Assembly (NCBI GenBank): GCA_963828885.1
Contig: CAWHGC010000016.1
Span: 952 to 64,951, forward strand
Direction: 5' to 3'
Length of the DNA: 64,000 nt
From: an uncultured Actinomycetes bacterium
GTDB lineage: Bacteria; Actinomycetota; UBA4738; HRBIN12
Numbering within the stretch: the stretch's first letter is position 1; each line of letters begins with the position of its first letter. The notes beneath the pieces are model-generated. The model was not told the origin of the DNA. It made no database searches and saw only the letters and a program-made list of their open reading frames with translations. The translations under genes and the position numbers were made by a program. This document shows positions 30,283 to 43,991 of the stretch, one piece after another.

Positions 30283-31939
30283 TCAGCGATCCTCGCGGGC
30301 CTGCTCGGAGAGCCGCCGCTCCACGGTCTCGTGCGCCGCCTCGGCGCTCGGCCGCGAGCCGGTCATGGCAGCGAGGAACTCCTCGCGCTCGAGGGCCAGG
30401 AGGTCCAGGTCCGTCAGCGCCGTCACGGTCGCCGTGCGCGGCACGTCGCGGAGCAGGGCGATCTCGCCGACGTACTCGCCCGGTCCGAGCCGGGCGATCT
30501 CCCGTCCCCCGACCGTCACGGCGGCCTCGTCCCGCCTCGATCACGAAGAACCGGTCGCCGGGGTCGCCCTCGCGGATCACGACGGTGCCGGCGGGGACCT
30601 GCACCGGGATCAGGCGGTGGACGACCAGCTCGAGGGCGGGCTGCTCGAGCGGCTGGAAGAGCGAGATCGAGCGGAGCAGCGCCAGACGTGCGGGGTCGGG
30701 CAGGACGGCCCGGCGGTCGAGACCTCGCAGCGAGGCGAAGAGCCCGAGGGCGATCACCGGCAGGAACACGCCGGCCGCGACGAGGGCGCCACGGGTCCCG
30801 AACAGCGCGATGAAGATGGGCACGGCGGCCGCGCCGATCGCGAGGCAGAGCATGCTGAGCCCCTCCTGGAGGCCGAACGCCCGGGCGAGGATCTCGTCGC
30901 GGACGCTTCGCTGCAGCAGCGTGCGCACCGCGACGTCCAGGAAGCTCCGTCCCGCGCCGGCGATGACGAGGAGGGCCACGACCGGCCCGAACGCGGCGGA
31001 TGCAGCGACCGCTGCGATCGCGCCGCCGGTGATGCCGGCTCCGAGCTCGATCGGGCCCGCCAGACGCCGCCGGCCCACGAGGACCGCGGTCGCGCCCGCT
31101 CCCACCAGCCCTCCGGCCCCCACGGCGGCCGACAGGATGCCGGCGGCCTCCGCGCCACGCGCCAGCACGTCGATCGCGAGCACCGCGAAGAACACGTCGA
31201 GCATCCCGAGCAGCACGGACTGGGCGCCGGACAACGCGACCAGGGCCACCGCTCCGCGCTCCTGCCGGAGCTCGCGGAGCCCCTCCACCGCCGCACGGAC
31301 GATGCGATCGGGCTCCGCCTCCCCGACGGTCGGCCCCGCCACCTCGAGGAGGCGGAGGTTGCGGGTCAGGAGCGCCGCCACCAACGCCACGCCCGAGAAG
31401 ACGGTGACCGGGAGGGCCGGGCCCGAGACGGCGATCAGCATGCTCGCCACGAGCGGTCCCAGCAGGATGCCGAACCCCTCCGCCACCCCGGACAGCGAGT
31501 TCGCCGCCGTGAGCTGCTCCGGCGTCTCCGCGAGCTGCGGCAGGATCGCGTTGTGCACCGGACGCGTCAGCGTGATGGCCGAGGCGACGACGACCGCCGC
31601 GGCGTACGCGACGAGCGCCGGAGCGAACCACAGTGCGAGTCCGCCCGCGAGGTACGCCACGGCTTGGACGAGGTACCCGAGGCGAAGGGCCCGGTCGCGG
31701 CGCATCCGGTCGCCCAGCACGGATCCGAGCGGCGCGACGAGCGCGGCCGGCACGAGCTGCGCGATCATCACGAGCCCCGCGGTCGTCGCGCCGCCGCGCT
31801 CGTACGCGTACAGGGTGACCGCGATCCACGCCCCGTACTCGGCGGCGATGTAGAGCAGGTACGCGGCCAGCACCCGGCGCAGGGAACCGTTGCGCGTGGA
31901 GGAGACGTAGATCCGTACGGTTGCGACTCCGGTCGTCAC
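30283..31939 (-). pseudogene. MFS transporter fused to a C-terminal cyclic-nucleotide-binding domain, one frame change
   Basis: The multi-TM MFS body and the start of the cNMP domain (LFQPLEQPALE..GTVVIREGDPGDRFFVIEAG) are in ORF 29303..31939. The rest (EAAVTVGGREIARLGPGEYVGEIALLRDVPRTATVTA..) is in ORF 30283..30519. The junction is near 30529. Confidence 0.75.
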
Positions 31940-32029
31940 GACCCCCGTGCGCTCGGCGACCGGCCCATCCTGACACGACGAACGGGGGCCCCGGAGGGCC
32001 CCCGTCGGTGCTGCGTGGGTCGCGGTGGC

Positions 32030-33752
<1,723 letters not shown>

Positions 33753-33869
33753 GGATTGTACCCATCCCGGGGGGTCCACTGACAAGCCGAAGCGGGACGC
33801 GTCCGGACCTGACCCGGGGTCGCATCGACCTCAACATGGGACCGGATCCGGCCGCTAGCATCCGCCGAG

Positions 33870-35668
33870 ATGACCGACCTGCCCGCCTGGAAGCGCCGGT
33901 ACCTGGCACCCGCGGATCGACACCTTCGTCTGGGCCGCAGGGCGACCCGACCGCATCGGGGTCGTGTCGACCGAGAGCGGCTCCTCGCAGGCGTGGGCGT
34001 GGGACCTCGTGACCGGCGAGCGGCGGCAGGCCTCGGCCGAGGGCGTCGGGCGCCGAGGAGGTCCATCTGCTGCCGGACGGCTCGGGCGTCGTGTGGTGGC
34101 TCGATCCCGTCGGGAGACGAGCGGGGCCGGTGGCTCGTGACGCCGTTCGACGGCGGCGAGCCCGTCCCGCTGCTGCCCGACGCGCCCGACGGCTGGGCGA
34201 TGGGCCTGTCGCTCGTCGCCGGCACCGTCGCGATCGGCCTCGCGACCGACGAGGACTACCGCGCGATCGTGTCGATCGACGGCGAGCCGGCGCGCGAGGT
34301 GTACCGGCACACGCAGCCGGCCGGCGTCGGCCGCGAGTACCCCTCCGGGACCGGCGGCCTCTCGGCCGACGGAGCCCTGGTGTGCGTGCGGCACGCCGAG
34401 CACGGCGACATCGAGCGGACGGCCCTGCGCGTCCTGGATGTGCGCACCGGCGCGACCGTCGGCGACCAGTTCGACGAGGGCCGGGCCCTCACGGCGGCCG
34501 GCTGGTCGCCCGTGCCCGGCGACGCACGACTGGTGATCTCGCAGGAGCTCAGCGGCATCGAGCGCCCGGCGATCTGGGACCTCGAGGCCGGCACCCGCGA
34601 GGCCGTGGCGCTGCCCGACCTACCGGGGCCGGTCACCTGGCTGCGACTGGTGGCCGGACGCCGGCGCGCTCCTGCTCCTGCACGAGTCCGCCGGCCGCCA
34701 GCAGCTCCTGCGGGCGGACCTCGGGACCGGCGACGTGACGACGGTGCTCGACGAGCCCGGCACGATCTCGGGCGCCGGCGTCCGGCCCGACGGCGCGATC
34801 TGGTTCCGCCACGACGTCGGGCGCGACCGCGCCCGTGGTCCGCGACCTCGAGGGCCGTGAGGTGCTGGCGCTGGGGGCGGATCCGGCGCCGCCCGGCCGC
34901 CCGTACCTCCCGATCTCGTTCACGAACCCCGCGGGCGAGGAGATCCACGGCTTCATCGTCACGCCCGAGGGCGACCCGCCGTTCCCGGCCGTCGTGCACA
35001 TCCACGGCGGCCCCAACTGGCACGACCGCGACGAGTTCGAGCCCGAGGTCCAGGCGTACGTCAGCGCGGGGTACGCGGTGCTGCTCGTGAACTACCGCGG
35101 CTCGACCGGCCGCGACGCGGCGTTCCGCGAGCGCCTGCGCGGCGACATCGGCTTCCCCGAGTCCGAGGACATCCTCGCCGGGCTCGACCACGTGGTCGCG
35201 CAGGGCATCGTCGACCCCGCGCGCGTCGCCCTCGAGGGCTGGTCGTGGGGCGGGTACCTCACGCTGCTGAACGCGGGCCTGCACCCCGACCGGTGGCGGG
35301 CGGCGCTGGGCGGGATCCCGGTCGGCGACTCCGTCGCCGCGCACTACGAGTGCGCGCCGGCGCTGCGCGCGTGGGACATCGCGACGATGGGCGGGTCGCC
35401 GATGGACGTGCCGGACCTGTTCCACGAGCGCAACCCGCTGACGTACGTGGATCGGTCGAGGCGCCGGTGATGTTGATCGCCGGCGAGCACGACAGCCGGT
35501 GCCCGCTCGGCCAGGTGATGGTGTACGCGCACGCGCTGCGCGTGCGGCGGCACCCGGTCGAGGTCCACCTGTACGCGGGCGGCCACCACGCGAACGACGT
35601 GGACGAGCAGATCCGCCACATGGAGCTCGCCCTCGGGTTCTTCGCGGAGCACGTCCCCGCGACGCTAG
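33870..35668 (+). pseudogene. S9 family peptidase (acylaminoacyl/prolyl oligopeptidase-like), at least six frame changes
   Basis: The protein-like text hops between all three frames through ORFs 33870..35090, 34091..34738, 34835..35470 and 35245..35841. The catalytic domain is clear (VHIHGGPNWHD, GWSWGGYLT, AGEHDSRCP, YAGGHH). Junctions are near 33912, 34035, 34110, 34640, 34830 and 35460. The 3' end (TAG at 35666-35668) assumes one more shift and is uncertain. Confidence 0.75.
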
Positions 35669-35695
35669 CGGCGCCGAGGTCGAAAACCCCCAGGT

Positions 35696-36111
35696 CTAGA
35701 AGCCCCAGGTCGACGCGCGTTCGATCTCGACCTCGACGATCAGCGAGGTCGCCTCCTCGATCGGCGACGAGGTCTCGTACTGCGGGTACTTCTCGTACAG
35801 CAGGTTGCGGTCGCGAACGAACTCCATGCCCGTCTCGATGAAGTACGGCGCGCCGTACAGCAGCACCTGCTTCAGCAACGACCAGTCCTCGTCGTAGCTG
35901 TCGAAGCAGACGGCGACGAACGGGTTGTCGCGGATGTTCCGCACCTTCACGGTGTCGATCTCCGTCGCGAACACCAGACGGTCGAGGTCCAGCACCGGCG
36001 AGATCGGCACGACGTGCGGCGTCCCGTCGCGGCGGGTGGTGGCCAGATGCCCCACGCGCGCCGCCGCGACGAACTCGGTCTCGGCGCCCGAGAGCGGCGA
36101 ACCCGAGAGCG

Positions 36112-36115
<4 letters not shown>
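35696..36115 (-). CDS. pyridoxamine 5'-phosphate oxidase (PPOX)-fold, possibly F420/FMN-binding protein
   Basis: Intact 139-aa ORF (..[34 protein letters not shown]..). Its start overlaps the acs stop. Confidence 0.7.
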
Positions 36116-38076
<1,961 letters not shown>

Positions 38077-38284
38077 GGGTCGCTGACCCCCTTCCTTTGC
38101 CGTTCGCGGGCCTGCCTGCGGCCCTCTGGGAACCGGGAGGGCATCGTACGCGGGTTGGCCTCGCCCGGCGACCCGGCACGGATGTGACTTGCTTCCGTGC
38201 CTGAGGAGGGTCAGGCTCGTGCCTGGAGGCCGCCATGGAGGCGGCCTTCGGGATACATACCCGGGAGGGGAAGGAGGCCATCGG

Positions 38285-38437
38285 ATGGCCGAGTACGAGG
38301 CGTACTGCGTGAAGTGCCGCGAGAAGCGGAAGTTCGAAGGCACCGAGGTCACGCTCAAGAACGGCCGCAGGGCCGCGCAGGGTCAGTGCCCGGTGTGCGG
38401 CACGAAGGTCATGCGCATCCTGGGCAAGAGCGCCTAG
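38285..38437 (+). CDS. small zinc-ribbon protein (DUF5679-like, 50 aa)
   Basis: [50 protein letters not shown] has two CxxC pairs. GGAAGGAGG lies 6-14 nt upstream of the ATG. Confidence 0.7.
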   Translation: MAEYEAYCVKCREKRKFEGTEVTLKNGRRAAQGQCPVCGTKVMRILGKSA

Positions 38438-38500
38438 GCAGGGCGCCGGGCACCCGCCCGACGCACGCACGAACCCGGTTCCACCGCTGCTGTGGACAGG

Positions 38501-38524
38501 GTCCCGGCTCAGTTGAGCCGGGAC
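38501..38524. terminator. perfect 10-bp hairpin between convergent genes
   Basis: GTCCCGGCTC-AGTT-GAGCCGGGAC. It overlaps the stop codon of the Rrf2 gene and lies 64 nt after the DUF5679-like gene. There is no U-tract. Confidence 0.4.
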
Positions 38525-38976
38525 AGCAGCGTCTCCGGCGCGATCAGCAGGGGCCCGAGCTCCTGCTGACGCACCACCAGATCGGCCACCGTCGTCTGAC
38601 GGAACACGCCGTCGATCGCCTGCGCGACGTCGCCCCAGAACCCCTGGAGGCCGCAGCGCGAGTCGGCGAAGCACGTGTGGTCGGTCGGCTCCAGGCACCC
38701 CATCGGGAACACCTGCCCCTCGATGGCGGCCGCGATGTCGGCGACCGTGATGTCCTCGGGTGCCCGCGACAGGCGGCAGCCGCCGCCCGAGCCGCGGAAG
38801 CTCTCCACGAGGCCGTGCTTGTGCAGGGCGCCGAGCTGCTGCTCGAGGAAGCGGAGCGGGATCTGCTGACGTTCGGCGATCTGGCGCGCCGACAGGAGCA
38901 CGCCCTCGTCGTTGTGGCGCGCCAGCTCGATCATGGCGCGCATCGCGTACTCCAGCTTCTGGGAGACCTTCAGCAC
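38509..38976 (-). CDS. Rrf2 family transcriptional regulator (three-Cys, possibly Fe-S sensing)
   Basis: A GTG start at 38976 gives VLKVSQKLEYAMRAMIELAR..SARQIAERQQIPLRFLEQQL. Candidate ligand cysteines lie in CLEPTDHTCFADSRC. Confidence 0.8.
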   Translation of the reverse strand: MLKVSQKLEYAMRAMIELARHNDEGVLLSARQIAERQQIPLRFLEQQLGALHKHGLVESFRGSGGGCRLSRAPEDITVADIAAAIEGQVFPMGCLEPTDHTCFADSRCGLQGFWGDVAQAIDGVFRQTTVADLVVRQQELGPLLIAPETLLSRLN

Positions 38977-39143
38977 ACCCCCAGCGTAGGGTCGCGCCTC
39001 CGGCACGTCAACGGCGCACCCCCGCTGAGCAGGCCGAACAGGCCGGGAGCCGTGCCGGGCCGGCCCCCGCTGCTCAAGTCGGCATGCGCGATGCCGACAC
39101 CCCGCGTAGGGGCGACGTGCGCCCAGGGGAAGGACGTGCACGC

Positions 39144-39575
39144 GTGGCGAAGGTCCTGGTCATCGACGACGAACCCGACGTGCTCATGCTCTGCCGGGTG
39201 AACCTCGAGCACGCGGGGCACGCCGTCTTGATGGCGGAGTCCGGCGAGGCCGGCCTGGAGCTCGCGATGGCCGAGCGCCCCGACCTGATCGTCCTCGACC
39301 TCATGATGCCCAGCATGGACGGGTTCGAGGTGCTGGAGGAGCTCGCCGGCGCCGCGGCCACCCGCGACGTGCCGGTCCTCATCCTCACCGCGCGCACGCG
39401 CCTGGACGACAAGGTCCGCGGGTGGCGTGCCGGCGCCGACGCCTACCTCACGAAGCCGTTCACGCCCGCCACGCTCGTCACCGACGTCGCACGCCTGGAG
39501 CAGATGACGGCGACCGAGCGGTCCCTGCACCGTGCGGAGTCGCTCCGGCGCCTCCTCGACGAGGGCGTGGCCTAG
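39144..39575 (+). CDS. receiver-only response regulator (CheY-like)
   Basis: A GTG start gives VAKVLVIDDEPDVLML..DLIVLDLMMPSMDG..LTARTR..YLTKPF. No output domain follows. Confidence 0.8.
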   Translation: MAKVLVIDDEPDVLMLCRVNLEHAGHAVLMAESGEAGLELAMAERPDLIVLDLMMPSMDGFEVLEELAGAAATRDVPVLILTARTRLDDKVRGWRAGADAYLTKPFTPATLVTDVARLEQMTATERSLHRAESLRRLLDEGVA

Positions 39576-39632
39576 CCTCGAGCACGGTCCGCCACGAGCC
39601 GGCGAAGAGCCGGGCGCCGGTAGACTCGCGCC

Positions 39633-40902
39633 GTGCTCCGCACGATCGACGTCCCAGCCCGCCGCCTCGACGACTACGCCCACGACGCCGGCGAGGAGGC
39701 CGTCGCGGCGCTCCGAGCCGCCGCCGAACCGCTGCGCGGCGCCCGCATCCTCCAGGTGAACAGCACGGCCTTCGGCGGTGGCGTGGCCGAGCTGCTCGTC
39801 ACGCACGTCGCCCTCATGCAGGACCTCGGGATCGACGCCCAGTGGGCGGTCATCGAGGGCAGCGAGGACTTCTTCCACGTCACGAAGGCCGTGCACAACG
39901 GCCTGCAGGGGATGGCCGTCGACCTGACGCCCGAGATGCAGGCCGTCTACTGGGAGCGCGTGCGCGCGAACGCCGACGACCTCGACCCGGCCGGCTGGGA
40001 CCACCTGTTCATCCACGATCCGCAGCCCGCCGGCATCCTGCCGGTCCTGGAGGAGCGCGGGCGTGCGCGCCGGGTGCTGGACGTGGCGGTGCCACATCGA
40101 CGTCTCGCGGCCCCACCCGTCCGTGTGGGAGTTCTTCGAGCCCATGGTGAACCGCTACGACGCGGCGATCTTCACGATGGAGGCCTTCGCACAACCGGGA
40201 CTCTCCGGGCCGGACCTGGCCTTCGTGCCGCCCTCGATCGATCCGACCTCGGAGAAGAACCGCCCGATCGACCCCGCCACCGTCGAGGAGGTGCTGCGCC
40301 GGTACCACGTCGACCCCGACCGTCCGCTCGCCGTGCAGGTCTCGAGGTTCGACCCGTGGAAGGATCCGCTCGGCGTCATCGACGCCTACCGGCTCGCGCG
40401 CGAGGAGGTGCCCGGCCTGCAGCTCGTGATGGCCGGCTCGATGGCGGCCGACGACCCCGAGGGTATGGAGTACCTCACGCAGACGCGGGTGCACGCCGGT
40501 CCGGACCCCGACATCCACCTGCTGACGGAGGCCGAGGGCGTCCTCGCGCCGGAGGTGAACGCCTTCCAGCAGGGGGCCGACGTCGTGATCCAGAAGTCCA
40601 CGCGCGAGGGGTTCGGCCTGGTCGTCGCGGAGGGCATGTGGAAGCGGCGGCCGGTGATCGGCGGCAACGTCGGCGGCATCACGCTGCAGATCGAGGACGG
40701 CGTCAGCGGGTTCCTGGTCGACTCCCCGGCCGCCTGCGCGGACCGGCTGGTGGAGCTCCTGCGGGATCCCGAGCTGCGGGACCGGATCGGTGAGGCGGGC
40801 CGCCTCCGCGTGCGCGACCGGTTCCTCAGCCTGCGCGAGGTGCAGGACTACCTGCGGATCTTCGGCGAGGCCGGCGGCGCATCGGCGGCGAGGTCGGCAT
40901 GA
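39633..40902 (+). pseudogene. treT: trehalose synthase TreT-like GT4 glycosyltransferase, one frame change
   Basis: The N-terminal half is in ORF 39633..40793 (ILQVNSTAFGGGVAELL..FFHVTKAVHNGLQG). The C-terminal half is in ORF 40063..40902 (WRCHIDVS..VSRFDPWKDP..QKSTREGFGLVVAEGMW). The junction is near 40075-40090. Confidence 0.75.
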
Positions 40903-42338
40903 CGGCCGTCGACCGGCCGATCGTGATCGCGTCGAACCGCGGACCGGTCGCGCACGACCTCGAGGCCGACGGCAGCCTGACGCCGCAGCGTGGGGCGGGC
41001 GGGCTCGTGACGGCGCTCGCCGGTGCCCTGCTCGAGCGCCGGGCGGTGTGGCTGGCCGCCGCCATGACCCCCGGCGACCGCGAGGTCGCCGCGCGCGGGG
41101 GCGGCGGCGACGAGAGCATGCGCTACGTGGTCGTGGACGAGGAGCGCTACGACCGCTACTACCACGAGGTCTCGAACCGATTGCTGTGGTTCGTGCATCA
41201 CTACCTGTGGGACGTCGTGCACACGCCGACCTTCGACCGCGGCACCCTCGAGGCCTGGGACGACTACGTCGCCGTCAACCGGACGTTCGCCGAGGCCCTG
41301 GCCAGCACAGGATCCCGAGGCCGCGATCCTCGTGCAGGACTACCACCTCGGCATGGTGCCGCGCCTGCTGCGCGAGCTCCGGCCGGACGCGCGCATCTCG
41401 CACTTCTCGCACACGCCGTTCGCCGGCGCCACGTACCTGCGGATCCTGCCGACGCGGATGCGGGAGGACCTGCTGCGCGGGATGCTGGGCGCCGACGTGT
41501 GCGGGTTCCAGTCCGGGCGCGTGGGCCGACAACTTCCTCATGTCGTGCCGGACCCTGCAGGGGGCGCGCGTCGACGTGCAGCGCCGCCGGGTCACGTACG
41601 AGGGCCACGAGACGCGCGTGCGCGTCTACCCGATCTCCGTCGAGGCCGCGTCGCTTCGCGCGGCCGCGGCGCAGCCGGCGGTCCGGCGGGCGCGGGCGGA
41701 CCTCGAGCGGTGGCGCGGCGACGCGAAGCTGCTGCTGCGGGTCGACCGGCTCGAGCTCACGAAGAACATCCCGCGCGGGTTCCTCGCGTACGAGGTCTTC
41801 CTGAAGAACCGGCCCGAGTGGCAGGGCCGGGTGCGGTTCCTCGCGATGCTGAGCCCCTCGCGCGTGGAGCTCGACGAGTACCGCACGTTCGCCGAGGAGT
41901 GCGTGCACGAGGCCGACCGCATCAACGACGCGTTCGGCACCCCCTCGTGGACGCCGATCGAGCTGCGCATGAAGGACGAGTACGACGAGGTCGTCGCCGC
42001 CTTCGGGCTGTACGACGCGCTGCTCGTGAACCCCGTGTACGACGGGATGAACCTCGTCGCGATGGAGGGGCCGATCCTGAACCGCCGCCGCGGCGCGCTG
42101 GTGCTCTCGCGCAACGCCGGCGCGTACGGGCGGATCGGCCAGCACGCGCTGGGCGTGAACCCGTTCGACGTGGACGAGACCGCCGGCGCGATCGCCGACG
42201 CGCTCACGATGCCCGACGACGAGCGGGAGCGCCGCGCGCGAGGTCTCCGGCGGGCCGTGCTGGCCAGCACGCCGGCGAAGTGGCTGCGTCGCGCAGCTGG
42301 ACGACCTCGAGCGGTCGCACGGCGCCGCCCGGCGCTAG
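40899..42338 (+). pseudogene. otsA: trehalose-6-phosphate synthase OtsA (GT20), three frame changes
   Basis: ORF 40899..41804 holds IVIASNRGPV and LWFVHHYLWD. ORF 41332..43965 holds QDYHLGMVPRLLRE..HFSHTPF. ORF 40790..43141 holds RVDRLELTKNI and NPVYDGMNLVAMEG. The frame of the start is then resumed for ..QLDDLERSHGAARR*. Junctions are near 41310, 41520 and 42290. Confidence 0.8.
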
Positions 42339-43060
42339 GCGAGCCGGCCCAGCAGCTCGACCAGACCCCGGGGACCGTCGACCGTCACGTCGGCCGCCTC
42401 GACGAGCGCCGCGGGTGTCTCGTCGCCGCGGACGGCGACCTTCACCGTCACGAGACCCCGGTCGCGCAGCCGGTCGAGCGCCGCGAACGCGTCGAGGTCG
42501 GCCACGTCGTCGCCGGCGTACAGCACGGCCTCGAGGCCGGCCTCGCCGGCGATCCGCTCCACCGCACCGCCCTTCATCGGGTGATCGGCCGGCACGACCT
42601 CGAGGACCATCTTGCCCTCGACGACGAGCAGGCCGGCGCCGGCCGCGACCGGCTCGAGGCCGGCGAGCAGGGCCGCGCGAGCACGCTGCGGATCGGGCGC
42701 CTGCCGGTAGTGCACGGCCACCGAGACGCCCTTGTCCTCGACCCAGGCCTCGGGGACGGCGGCGGCGGCGCGCTCGACCTCGGGCAGGATCGCGAACAGG
42801 AGCTCCGGCGCCGAGCCCTCGAGGCCGTACAGCCCCTCGTACCGGACGCCGGGCACGGCGATCAGCTCGGCCACCTCCTCCGCGCGCCGGCCGGTCACGA
42901 TGGCGACGACGGCGTAGCGGCCGGTCAGCGCGGCGAGGGCCTCGCGGACGCCCTCGGCCGGTGCGGCGAGCTCGGGGCGGGCGACGATCGGCGCCAGCGA
43001 GCCGTCGAAGTCCAGCAGGATCCCCGCTCGAGCCGCGCGCTCACGGAGCGCGTCGATCAC
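42335..43060 (-). CDS. otsB: trehalose-6-phosphate phosphatase OtsB (HAD family)
   Basis: Intact 241-aa ORF with the HAD motif LLDFDGSLAP and distal motif YAGDDVADLDAF. Confidence 0.85.
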   Translation of the reverse strand: MIDALRERAARAGILLDFDGSLAPIVARPELAAPAEGVREALAALTGRYAVVAIVTGRRAEEVAELIAVPGVRYEGLYGLEGSAPELLFAILPEVERAAAAVPEAWVEDKGVSVAVHYRQAPDPQRARAALLAGLEPVAAGAGLLVVEGKMVLEVVPADHPMKGGAVERIAGEAGLEAVLYAGDDVADLDAFAALDRLRDRGLVTVKVAVRGDETPAALVEAADVTVDGPRGLVELLGRLA

Positions 43061-43593
43061 GCGGGGGGTTGGTCGTTCTCGCCGATCACGACGACGACCT
43101 GCACGCCCTTGGCGACGGTGCCGTCCTGCGAGTACACCTGATCGAGCTCCTGGACCTTCGCGTCGGGGTAGTACTTGTCCGCGAGCGCCGTCGCGTTCGA
43201 CTTGTTCTGCTCCGCGTCGGTGCCGCTCCCCGTGTAGTACACGACCGTCTTCGCGACCGGCTTGTTGGGAGCGTCGGACGGGATCATCCCCTGCTTGTAC
43301 CCGTGAGCGATGAGCTGCTCCATCACGATGCCCGCCAGGCCGTTGGAGCTCGTCCCGTTGAACACCGCCACCGCGACGTCCTTCGGCGGCTGCGGGTCCG
43401 GGGTGGGCGGCGGCGTCTGGGTCGACTGGGTCCCCGTGGGACTGGACGACGAACTGGGGCTCGGCGAGGTGACGACGCCCGAGGGGCCGCCGGCCGCCGC
43501 GACGCCCGAGTCGTCGAAGGCGTTCGCCAGCAGCAGACCACCCACGACCAGGAGCGCGACGATGATGACGATACGTGCGGTGCCGGTGTTCAC
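43057..43593 (-). CDS. LytR_C domain membrane-anchored protein
   Basis: Intact 178-aa ORF. It has an N-terminal TM segment, a Ser/Pro/Thr linker, then VAVFNGTSSNGLAG.., typical of the LytR C-terminal domain. Confidence 0.75.
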   Translation of the reverse strand: MNTGTARIVIIVALLVVGGLLLANAFDDSGVAAAGGPSGVVTSPSPSSSSSPTGTQSTQTPPPTPDPQPPKDVAVAVFNGTSSNGLAGIVMEQLIAHGYKQGMIPSDAPNKPVAKTVVYYTGSGTDAEQNKSNATALADKYYPDAKVQELDQVYSQDGTVAKGVQVVVVIGENDQPPA

Positions 43594-43624
43594 CGGCCCA
43601 TCCTACCCGCTCGGTCCGGCGGGT

Positions 43625-43900
43625 TCAGACCCCGAGACCGAGCTGCGTGGCGACCCGCCGGCGGCGGCGCTGCTCGCGGAGCCGGCGCAGGCGGCGGACC
43701 AGCATCGGGTCGGCCGCGAGGGCCTCGGGCCGGTCGATCAGCCGGTTCAGCAGCTGCTGGTAGCGGGCGGCGGAGAAGCCGAACCGCTCCCGGATCGCGC
43801 GCTCCTTCGGCCCCTGCTGCTGCCACCACCCACGCTCGAAGTCCAGGAGATCGCGGTCGCGGGGGGACAGGCCCTCGGGGGTGGGCTGGGTTCGGGTCAT
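43625..43900 (-). CDS. DUF3263 domain protein
   Basis: MTRTQPTPEGLSPRDRDLLDFERGWWQQQGPKERAIRERFGFSAARYQQLLNRLID.. lies within ORF 43625..43939. Confidence 0.75.
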   Translation of the reverse strand: MTRTQPTPEGLSPRDRDLLDFERGWWQQQGPKERAIRERFGFSAARYQQLLNRLIDRPEALAADPMLVRRLRRLREQRRRRRVATQLGLGV

Positions 43901-43991
43901 CGCAGCCAGCGTACCTGTGGACCTCCGCGGTTCAAGCATGCGCCTGCCTGCGCCGATTCAGATGACGAACCGCGAAACGGGCGGTGAGACA

